30,448 nt of DNA from Lachnospiraceae bacterium (GCA_017613225.1 JAGAEH010000204.1:1-30448); one strand, 5' to 3'. Positions 9,327 to 16,203 are shown, counted from the first letter of the stretch. Program-made: numbers and translations. Notes: a model not told the origin generated them from the sequence alone.

Positions 9327-10369
9327 TGGCAGCAGTCAGACCTTCGAAGTACGCGGCGGACAGGGCCCGGGACGAAAGCGCGGCCATCCGTCAGAAACTG
9401 AACGGCGACATCAAGAACGGCACGCCGGAGCAGATCTACCTGCTTTACGGCGAAGAGGCTTTTCTGCGCCGCAGCTACAGGAACCGCCTGAAGGAACTGA
9501 TCACCGGCGGCGACGAGATGAACTACGCCTATTTTGAGGGGGCGGGGATCGACGTTTCCGCGGTGATCGATCTGGCGCAGACCATGCCCTTTTTCGCGGA
9601 ACGCAGGCTGATCGTGGTGGAGAATTCCGGCTGGTTTTCCGGAAAAGACGCCTCGGCCCTGGTCAAGACCCTGGAAGAGCTGCCGGAGACCACCTACCTG
9701 ATCTTCAGTGAGGAGAGCATCGACAAACGGATGGTCTTCACAAAGAAGGTCCTGGAACGGGGCTTCGGGGCGCGGCTGGACTATCAGAGCTATGACGACC
9801 TGTGCCGCTGGGCAGTGAGAAAGGCGAAAGCCGCCGGCAAGGACATGCAGCCCGCGGCGGCCAGGCTGCTGGTGGAGCGCGTGGGAAATGACATGAACGC
9901 TCTGTCCAACGAGATCGACAAGCTCATTGCCTACCGGGCGGAAGAGAGCGTGCTGACCGCGGCGGACGTGGAAGCCATCGGCTCGGTGCGTTTAAACGAC
10001 CGACTCTTCGACATGGTGGACGCGGCGGTGGAAGGCAGGACCCGGGCGGCGCTGGACATCTACGCGGACCTGCTGGCGCTGAAAGAGGCGCCGCTGAAGA
10101 TGATGATCATCTGCGGCAGGCATCTGGCCGCGCTGATGACGGTGAAAGAGATGGTGCAGACCGGGGCTTCGGACAGGGACATTGCCCAGGCCGCGGGGCT
10201 GCGGGATTTCCAGGTGAAAAAATACCGCAGGCAGGAGAGGCAGATGTCCATGCAGAAGCTGACGGCAATGCTGGACCGCATCACGGAGCTGGACGCCTCC
10301 ATCAAGACCGGAACCGTATCCGACCAGCTGGCGGTGGAACTGTTCATTACGGAGCTGGGGAGGAGATAA
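9326..10369 (+). CDS. holA: DNA polymerase III delta subunit
   Basis: IYLLYGEE.FL, MNYAYFEG, AQTMPFFAERRLIVV, GNDM..LSNEIDKL, D..IKTG. Convergent with rpsT, as is usual in Firmicutes. Start overlaps the RND stop (TAATG). Confidence 0.95.
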   Translation: MAAVRPSKYAADRARDESAAIRQKLNGDIKNGTPEQIYLLYGEEAFLRRSYRNRLKELITGGDEMNYAYFEGAGIDVSAVIDLAQTMPFFAERRLIVVENSGWFSGKDASALVKTLEELPETTYLIFSEESIDKRMVFTKKVLERGFGARLDYQSYDDLCRWAVRKAKAAGKDMQPAAARLLVERVGNDMNALSNEIDKLIAYRAEESVLTAADVEAIGSVRLNDRLFDMVDAAVEGRTRAALDIYADLLALKEAPLKMMIICGRHLAALMTVKEMVQTGASDRDIAQAAGLRDFQVKKYRRQERQMSMQKLTAMLDRITELDASIKTGTVSDQLAVELFITELGRR

Positions 10370-10477
10370 AAGCCAGTCATCCTGAGCGGAGCGCAGCGGA
10401 AAAGCCTGTCATCCTGAGCGGAGCGCAGCGGAAAAGCCTGTCATCCTGAGCGGAGCGCAGCGGAGTCGAAGGATCCC
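10368..10477 (+). repeat. Tandem REP-like repeat: three 32 bp units
   Basis: AAAAGCC(A/T)GTCATCCTGAGCGGAGCGCAGCGG at 10368, 10400 and 10432; only the last continues into AGTCGAAGGATCCC. Confidence 0.9.
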
Positions 10478-10496
10478 TTCGGAGTTTCTCCAACAG

Positions 10497-10530
10497 AAAA
10501 GATCCCCGACACACCATTGCGGGGATCTTT
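10497..10530. terminator. Bidirectional terminator between holA and rpsT
   Basis: AAAGATCCCCG/CGGGGATCTTT 11 bp inverted repeat with A tract on the left and T tract on the right. Confidence 0.75.
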
Positions 10531-10564
10531 GCTTGTTTACTTCCACAGGATCTTATAATGACGG

Positions 10565-10828
10565 TTACGAGATCTTGTTGACAGCTTGGGTTAATCTGGA
10601 AATCTTACGAGAAGCGGTGTTTTTGTGGTAAACGCCTTTCTGAGCGGCCTTGGCGATCACGACGACGGCATCCTTTAAGGCGGCCTGTGCGACAGCAGCA
10701 TCACCGGACTGAACAGCGGCTTCCACTTTCTTCACATATGTCTTCACTTTGGAGCGGATCGCTTTGTTGCGGTCGGCGTTCCTCTGTGCGACAAGGATTC
10801 TCTTCTTAGCCGATTTGATATTAGCCAA
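10565..10828 (-). CDS. rpsT: 30S ribosomal protein S20
   Basis: TTG start after GGAGG; ANIKSAKKRI..RN..RNKAIRSKVKT, KGVYHKNTASRKISRL. Confidence 0.98.
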   Translation of the reverse strand: MANIKSAKKRILVAQRNADRNKAIRSKVKTYVKKVEAAVQSGDAAVAQAALKDAVVVIAKAAQKGVYHKNTASRKISRLTQAVNKIS

Positions 10829-10900
10829 TTTCTGCACCTCCAACTTAGTGGTAAGTTTACCAAATAACCGGACACGGACGATTCTGTAAACTGCCGAATT

Positions 10901-10929
10901 ATTCTAATCAATTTTGCAGGCGGTGTCAA
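10901..10929 (-). promoter_or_regulatory. sigma-A promoter of rpsT
   Basis: Minus strand TTGACA (10929-10924), 17 nt, TAGAAT (10906-10901). Confidence 0.8.
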
Positions 10930-11051
10930 TATGAAAAAAAGGTGTAAATGGCAATTTAGCACGGTTTTTTAAGGAAGAGACGGACGAACGCCTAAAACAG
11001 TTAGGAAAAGAGCGGTCCCTGCGGGAAAGAGCAGAGCGGAGAGGGGTAAGG

Positions 11052-11080
11052 AGAGTGTATATTTGGTAAGGATGAGGTCA
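11052..11080 (+). repeat. Degenerate tRNA-Thr fragment (direct repeat of 13106-13134)
   Basis: TTGGTAAGGATGAGGTCA (11063-11080) is identical to 13117-13134; 25/29 identity when extended to 11052. Confidence 0.7.
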
Positions 11081-11082
11081 TC

Positions 11083-11583
11083 ATGCAGACCATAGAACAG
11101 GCGCTGGAAAAACTGTCACGCTCCAGGTTCAGGGCCGGATTTCATCTGAATGACGGAGACATGGAGTATCTGGAGAAAAAAGGCGGGGACGTGATCCGCA
11201 GCCACGCCCGGGATTTCGTGCGGCAAAAGCTGGCGCCGGCGGAGCCCGCAAATGACGGGAAGCAGACCCCCATGCGGGGACATCCCGTCTTCAAGGCCAT
11301 GCACGGGACGGCCTGCTGCTGCCGGGGCTGCCTGAACAAGTGGTACCGGGTCCCCCTGCACAGGGAACTGACCGAGACAGAACAGGAGAAGATCGTCAAT
11401 CTGCTGATGGCCTGGATCGGCCGGGAGGCGGAGCAAAGGCGGGAAAGGCAGCAGAAGGACAGCCCGGAAGCGGAACTGAGACAGACAAGACCGGGGGACA
11501 CCGGTTCAAAAGCGCGGCGGCGGCAGACAAAACCGGCTGCCTGCACACAGGAGACTGAAAAGACGGATAATACAAAGAAATAG
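11083..11583 (+). CDS. DUF4186 family protein with low-complexity C-terminal extension
   Basis: LSRSRFRAGFHL, IRSHARDFV..KLAPA.P.NDGKQTPMRGHPVF.A.H.TACCCRGCL.KW, which I recognise as the DUF4186 signature. Confidence 0.85.
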   Translation: MQTIEQALEKLSRSRFRAGFHLNDGDMEYLEKKGGDVIRSHARDFVRQKLAPAEPANDGKQTPMRGHPVFKAMHGTACCCRGCLNKWYRVPLHRELTETEQEKIVNLLMAWIGREAEQRRERQQKDSPEAELRQTRPGDTGSKARRRQTKPAACTQETEKTDNTKK

Positions 11584-11682
11584 CAAGACAACACTATGAT
11601 TTGCTCCGCAATTGTGCTATGCTGACCCTGGCGGCCGAGAGCACGGACGGCCGCGGCAATCCACTTCCATAAGGAGCAGCAG

Positions 11683-12930
11683 ATGAACAGAGAATTCCAC
11701 ATGGGCAACCGGGAAAAGCTGATCGCTACCCTGCCGCAGCACTCCCTGACCGTCATATTCGCGGGCCATGCGCCGATGAAGACCGGCGATGAACCCTATC
11801 CCTTCTATGCCAACCGCAATTTCGTCTATCTCACAGGCATCACCCAGGAAGACAGCATTCTGCTGATCGACAAGACTCCGGAGCAGACCAGGCAGATCCT
11901 CTTTGCCCTGCCGCCGGACGAGCACGCGGAGCGCTGGACGGGCCGCCGCGTGAAAGCCTACGAGGCGGAAAGGATCGCGGGCATCACCGAGTTCATGTAT
12001 CTGGATCAGTTCGACAGCTACGTTCACCGCTGCATGAAGAGCGATCACTACAACGACGTCTGTCTGGACCTGTACCAGAACAGCGTGAACGACGCGGACA
12101 GCGAGGCCATCAAATACGCGGCGAAGGTGCGGCAGCAGTACGCCTGGGTAAAGATCCACAACATCTCCCTGCAGCTGAAGCGCCAGCGCGTGATCAAGCA
12201 GCCCTGCGAGATCGAGGCCATGCGGAAGGCGGCGGTGATCACCCGGGCCGGCATCGTGGCCATGATGAAGGCGTCGAAGCCCGGCATGTGGGAATATGAA
12301 TACAAGGCTGAATTCGACTACGCCCTGACCAAAGCCGGCTGTTTAAGCCCCGGCTTCCCCAGCATCATCTCCGCCGGAGACAACAACTTCTGCATCCACT
12401 ATTACGCCTACACCGGCCAGGCCAAGGACGGCGACATGATCTTAAACGATGTGGCAGCCCAGTACGACGGCCTGACCAACGACGTATCCCGGGGCTGGCC
12501 CTGTAACGGCAAGTTCACAGAAAAACAGCGGGCGCTGTACCAGTGCGCCTATAATACATCCCAGCACATGTTCAGCATCATCAGGCCCGGCATGAAAATG
12601 CGGGACGTGGACCGTCTGGCCAGGGAATACAACTTTGAGCAGCTGAAGGCCATCGGTCTGCTGGACGACTACAAGGATATCGGGAAATACATGTGGCACG
12701 GCGGCGCCCATCACGTGGGCTACGACGTCCACGACATCGTGGACGTGGATATCATCGAACCCGGCATGGTGTTCTGCGTGGACATCGGCATCTACGTGCT
12801 GGAGTGGGGCATCGGCTTCCGCCTGGAGGACAACTGCCTGGTCACCGAGGACGGCTGCGAGAACCTGACCGCGAACATCCCCCGCACCATCGAGGACATC
12901 GAAGCCGTGATGGCCGGGGAGATGGAGTAG
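11683..12930 (+). CDS. pepP: Xaa-Pro aminopeptidase (aminopeptidase P, M24B)
   Basis: N-terminal YPFYANRNFVYLTGI; M24 metal ligands in HY...DV..YDG..ND.SR, H..HHVGYDVHD and GFRLEDN.LVT. Confidence 0.9.
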   Translation: MNREFHMGNREKLIATLPQHSLTVIFAGHAPMKTGDEPYPFYANRNFVYLTGITQEDSILLIDKTPEQTRQILFALPPDEHAERWTGRRVKAYEAERIAGITEFMYLDQFDSYVHRCMKSDHYNDVCLDLYQNSVNDADSEAIKYAAKVRQQYAWVKIHNISLQLKRQRVIKQPCEIEAMRKAAVITRAGIVAMMKASKPGMWEYEYKAEFDYALTKAGCLSPGFPSIISAGDNNFCIHYYAYTGQAKDGDMILNDVAAQYDGLTNDVSRGWPCNGKFTEKQRALYQCAYNTSQHMFSIIRPGMKMRDVDRLAREYNFEQLKAIGLLDDYKDIGKYMWHGGAHHVGYDVHDIVDVDIIEPGMVFCVDIGIYVLEWGIGFRLEDNCLVTEDGCENLTANIPRTIEDIEAVMAGEME

Positions 12931-12932
12931 GA

Positions 12933-13019
12933 GCCTGCCATCCTGAGCGCAGCACGCGGAGCGTCTGAAAGGAGCGCAGTCGAAGGATCCCCCGGGACAA
13001 TGTCCAAGGGGGATCTTTT
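12933..13019 (+). repeat. Second REP-like element fused to a terminator after pepP
   Basis: GCCTGCCATCCTGAGCGCAGC...GCAGTCGAAGGATCCCCC shares both ends with the 10376-10477 unit; GATCCCCC/GGGGGATC-TTTT forms a terminator stem. Confidence 0.75.
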
Positions 13020-13043
13020 CCTTCAAAAAAAGTGAAAAAACAT

Positions 13044-13072
13044 TTGACAATTCGATTTCATCATAGTAATAT
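13044..13072 (+). promoter_or_regulatory. sigma-A promoter of tRNA-Thr
   Basis: TTGACA (13044-13049), 17 nt, TAATAT (13067-13072). Confidence 0.8.
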
Positions 13073-13085
13073 AACGCTTGCACGT

Positions 13086-13158
<73 letters not shown>

Positions 13159-13170
13159 TTTTTATTGTGA

Positions 13171-13196
13171 AAAGGCACCCTGACGGGTGCTTTTTT
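13171..13196 (+). terminator. Intrinsic terminator after tRNA-Thr
   Basis: GCACCC-TGAC-GGGTGC-TTTTTT. Confidence 0.8.
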
Positions 13197-13212
13197 AATA
13201 GCTGAAGGGCTC

Positions 13213-13515
13213 TGTCGGCTTTTTTAGGGGGTTTTCTTTCTGATAGCCGACACTTCCCCTCGTTTTCTTTATAGACCAGGAAAACCAGCGCATGGATGTC
13301 GGCTAAAATCTCGGTTTTGAGCAGATCAAGCCGACATTTCTTTAGGAATCTTTTTATTCATAAAGTGCTTGTAGGGAGTTTTAAGGATATCTGTCGGCCA
13401 CCTGTGGAAAATCTCGTGAAAATAGCCGACACCAGCCACTCGGCACCCTGTCATTACAGTTCCGGATCGTACGTTGGTCGGCTATTTAGGACGTATTTGC
13501 GTTTGGCAGCCAACA
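13213..13515. repeat. Array 1: four units of TGTCGGCT-N24-AGCCGACA
   Basis: Units start at 13213, 13297, 13392 and 13476 (periods 84, 95, 84). The interior is exactly 24 nt in all four but differs in sequence. Units 3 and 4 carry 1-2 substitutions. Confidence 0.9.
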
Positions 13516-13536
13516 GAGAAAAACAAGAGCCCCTGC

Positions 13537-13746
13537 ATCCTACTCCAATACGGTGTAGGGAGACCTTCACTGGACCTCCGAATATCCCACTTATTGGGAC
13601 TAGCCACCAACACGTTTTGTCCGCTAACCCGTATCATGATTGCTCGCACAAAGCAAGAGAATACCGGTACTGAACCTCCGCCCATCAGGCCGAAATCCAA
13701 TACCGGTATCTCGGCTCCTAGATCCTACTTCAATACGAGGCAGGGA
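13537..13746. repeat. Interarray repeats: 25 bp direct repeat pair and paired TACCGGTA palindromes
   Basis: ATCCTACTCCAATACGGTGTAGGGA (13537-13561) vs ATCCTACTTCAATACGAGGCAGGGA (13722-13746), 21/25 identical; AATACCGGTA at 13660 and 13699. Confidence 0.7.
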
Positions 13747-13837
13747 AGGAGCTTTTCTTAGTATACTCCATGCGGTTTAAATCGGCAAGCAGGACTTTGC
13801 CGCATTTGAGGCTCAGTTTTCGGTCTGCACGGGCACG

Positions 13838-14133
13838 AAAGCAGATACTTTGGACAGTAACCGGTTAAAGTATCTGCTTTTGTGTTGAACAGGAATCGTT
13901 CCCGGACCCGGATCCGGGTGATGAAGCAGATACTTCCCCATGTTTTGACCATTTGTATCTGCTGAAAAATGGACTTTGGCATGTGGGAACGTCTGTCATG
14001 ATAAAAATCCAGCAGATACTTTGCCGCAAAAACAGGGCGGGTATCTGCTTTCTATGATCCAGCAAGGTAATCAGACTGCGAAAATGAAGGGAAACAGCAG
14101 ATACTTTACCGAAAAAACCGAAAAGTATCTGCT
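13838..14133. repeat. Array 2: four units of AGCAGATAC-N21(20)-GTATCTGCT
   Basis: Units start at 13840, 13925, 14011 and 14096 (periods 85, 86, 85). AGCAGATACTT is invariant on the left; unit 1 is a perfect 14 bp inverted repeat (AAAGCAGATACTTT/AAAGTATCTGCTTT). Confidence 0.92.
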
Positions 14134-14134
14134 T

Positions 14135-15025
14135 TTACGGCTGATCCTCCTCGGCATAATCCGCCAGCAGTTCTTCGGTCTCGGCATTCAGTGCCAGCGC
14201 TTCGCGGGCCGCGCGCTCTTCCTCCAGCGCGCGGTTTAAGGACGCGCCTAAAAGCAGGATCGTCATCAGGGTGCGCAGCCACATGATCACTAAAAAGATG
14301 GAAGCCAGCGGGCCGTAGTAGGAGGCGGACTTCCAGAATCGCGGAATGAAGAAGGCAAAGCCGCGGGAGAAGCCTTCGCCGATCAGCATGGTAAAGATGG
14401 CGCCGGGCAGCTGGCTCTTCAGGCTCTTGGTGCGGCCGGACAGGAAGGTGTAGGTCAGCACCACCAGGAAGACGGTGACGCCCAGGGTGACCAGCCGGCT
14501 GACGCGCATGATCAGGCCGATCAACACGCCGGAATCCGGGATCAGTTCGATCAGGGCATCCCGGATGGTATCACCCAGCAGGTGGAAGACCAGCAGGGCC
14601 GGCACCAGGATCAGGAGCAGCAGCGTATAGAGGATCACCGTGATGAGGCTGCGCAGCGGGTTTTTGATGTCGTAGACCCGGGCCATGGCCTTCTGCAGAG
14701 CGGCTACGCCCCGGGAAGCGGACCACAGGGACAGGATGGCGGAAACGGAGAGCATCAAGCCCCGGGACTGGCCGCTGATGTTGCGGATCAGGTTCAGGAT
14801 CATGTCCCGGATCTGGTCCAGGTCCGGCAGGATCTTCAGCAGAAAGTGGGAAAGATCGTCCGTATTGAAAAAGGGCAGCAGGTTCACGATGGAGGTGATC
14901 AGCATCAGCAGCGGCACGAAGGACATGACGATGTACAGCGTGGTATGGCCGGCGTACACCGTCATCTCTTTTTGGGAGAAGATCTTCCAGGTGTTCGTGA
15001 TGATGCGTTTCAGCTTTTCTTTCAT
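14135..15025 (-). CDS. YihY/virulence factor BrkB family membrane protein
   Basis: MKEKLK..., AG..TLYIVMSFVPLLML, LSLWSAS.GV.AL.KAM.RVY, KSQLPGAIF, YYGPLASIFLVIMWL, ILLLGASLN; multiple TM helices. Confidence 0.9.
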   Translation of the reverse strand: MKEKLKRIITNTWKIFSQKEMTVYAGHTTLYIVMSFVPLLMLITSIVNLLPFFNTDDLSHFLLKILPDLDQIRDMILNLIRNISGQSRGLMLSVSAILSLWSASRGVAALQKAMARVYDIKNPLRSLITVILYTLLLLILVPALLVFHLLGDTIRDALIELIPDSGVLIGLIMRVSRLVTLGVTVFLVVLTYTFLSGRTKSLKSQLPGAIFTMLIGEGFSRGFAFFIPRFWKSASYYGPLASIFLVIMWLRTLMTILLLGASLNRALEEERAAREALALNAETEELLADYAEEDQP

Positions 15026-15031
15026 GTTTGA

Positions 15032-15060
15032 ATCATAGCGCAAAAAGCCCCCGATTACAA
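15032..15060 (-). promoter_or_regulatory. sigma-A promoter of yihY, probably giving a leaderless mRNA
   Basis: Minus strand TTGTAA (15060-15055), 17 nt, TATGAT (15037-15032), then 6 nt to the ATG at 15025; no SD. Confidence 0.6.
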
Positions 15061-15071
15061 ATTGATTATTG

Positions 15072-15100
15072 TTGACCAAAAATGCAAAGAGAAGTATTAT
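15072..15100 (+). promoter_or_regulatory. sigma-A promoter of pta
   Basis: TTGACC (15072-15077), 17 nt, TATTAT (15095-15100). Confidence 0.65.
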
Positions 15101-15143
15101 CAAGGTAGTATTCCAAATTCAAATCCGAAAGGAGTCTACCGTC

Positions 15144-16136
15144 ATGGCATTTATTGACGACATCAAAGCAAAAGCAAAAACCGACATTAAGACCATCGTT
15201 CTGCCCGAGTCCATGGACAAGCGCACCTACGAGGCCGCAGAGAAGATCATGAAGCAGGGACTGGCCAAGATCGTTCTGATCGGCACCCCCGAAGAGATCG
15301 AAAAGAACGGCGCGGGCTTCGACCTGACCGGTATCACGGTGGTGGATCCCTACAACGATCCCAACAAGCAGAAATACATCGATAAGTTCGTGGAGCTGCG
15401 CGCCAAGAAGGGCGTCACCCCCGAGATCGCCCAGAAGCAGATGGAAGACGACTACATGTACTATGCCTGCCTGATGTGCAAGTGCGGCGATGCCGACGGT
15501 GTCGTCTCCGGCGCCTGCCATTCCACGGGCAATACCATCCGCCCGGCCCTGCAGCTCTTAAAGACCAAGCCCGGCATCAGCAGCGTTTCCGGCTTCTTCC
15601 TGATGGAAGTGCCCAACTGCGAGTACGGCGAGCACGGCCTGTTCGTGTTCGCGGACTGCGCCGTCATGCCGGAAGTGAACGCGGAGCAGATGGCGGAAGT
15701 CGCCTCCCTGGCGGCGGAGTCCTTCGAGAGCCTGGTTGGCGCGCCTGCCAAGGTGGCCATGCTTTCCTTCTCCACCAAGGGCAGCGCCAAGGCTGACTGC
15801 GTGACCAAGGTCCAGGAGGCCGTGGCCATCGCGAAGGAGAAATATCCGAATCTGGACGTGGACGGCGAACTGCAGCTGGATGCCGCGCTGGATCCCACTG
15901 TTGCCGCCCTGAAGGCCCCCGGCAGCACCGTGGCCGGCCATGCCAACACCCTGGTGTTCCCGGGCCTGGAAGCCGGCAACATCGGCTACAAGCTGGTGCA
16001 GCGCCTGGCCAAGGCCGAGGCCTACGGCCCCGTTCTGCAGGGCCTGGCCATGCCGGTCAACGACCTGTCCCGCGGCTGCTCGGCCGATGACATCGTCGGC
16101 GTTGTAGCCATCACCGCCGCCCAGGCACAGGGCTGA
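15144..16136 (+). CDS. pta: Phosphate acetyltransferase
   Basis: ATG after AAAGGAG; IVLPES.D.R, DADGVVSGA.HSTG.T.RPALQ, FADCAV, AMLSFSTKGSA, DGELQLDAAL, AGNIGYKLVQR, NDLSRGCS. Confidence 0.97.
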   Translation: MAFIDDIKAKAKTDIKTIVLPESMDKRTYEAAEKIMKQGLAKIVLIGTPEEIEKNGAGFDLTGITVVDPYNDPNKQKYIDKFVELRAKKGVTPEIAQKQMEDDYMYYACLMCKCGDADGVVSGACHSTGNTIRPALQLLKTKPGISSVSGFFLMEVPNCEYGEHGLFVFADCAVMPEVNAEQMAEVASLAAESFESLVGAPAKVAMLSFSTKGSAKADCVTKVQEAVAIAKEKYPNLDVDGELQLDAALDPTVAALKAPGSTVAGHANTLVFPGLEAGNIGYKLVQRLAKAEAYGPVLQGLAMPVNDLSRGCSADDIVGVVAITAAQAQG

Positions 16137-16147
16137 TAAGAGACCAA

Positions 16148-16177
16148 GGCGCAGATCTTCACGGTCTGCGCCATTTT
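16148..16177 (+). terminator. Terminator after pta
   Basis: GGCGCAGA/TCTGCGCC stem followed by ATTTT. Confidence 0.65.
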
Positions 16178-16181
16178 CATG

Positions 16182-16203
16182 CTTATTTACAGCTGTAAAG
16201 AAG
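16182..16203. promoter_or_regulatory. Palindromic operator-like site upstream of the amidohydrolase
   Basis: Perfect 14 bp palindrome TTTACAGCTGTAAA (16186-16199), extending to CTT..AAG with one mismatch. Confidence 0.4.

Noticed and set aside
10368-10463. CRISPR array call
   Set aside because: Head-to-tail identical units with no unique spacers.
11430-11583. C-terminal extension of DUF4186 with two similar CAGACAA(G/A)ACCGG segments
   Set aside because: Low-complexity tail with only a short degenerate repeat; not enough to support a distinct feature.
13159-13212. Prophage or ICE integrated at the 3' end of tRNA-Thr
   Set aside because: No integrase gene and no downstream duplication of the tRNA 3' end are visible in the window.
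13838-14133. CRISPR array call
   Set aside because: Conserved parts are two 9-11 bp arms with a variable interior rather than a contiguous 23-47 bp repeat, and no cas genes are in the window.
13296-14239. Short ORFs across the repeat arrays (125, 95, 72, 74, 66 and 87 aa)
   Set aside because: No SD, codon usage unlike the real genes, no motifs, and overlapping on both strands; the repeats do not keep a reading frame (periods 85/86/95).
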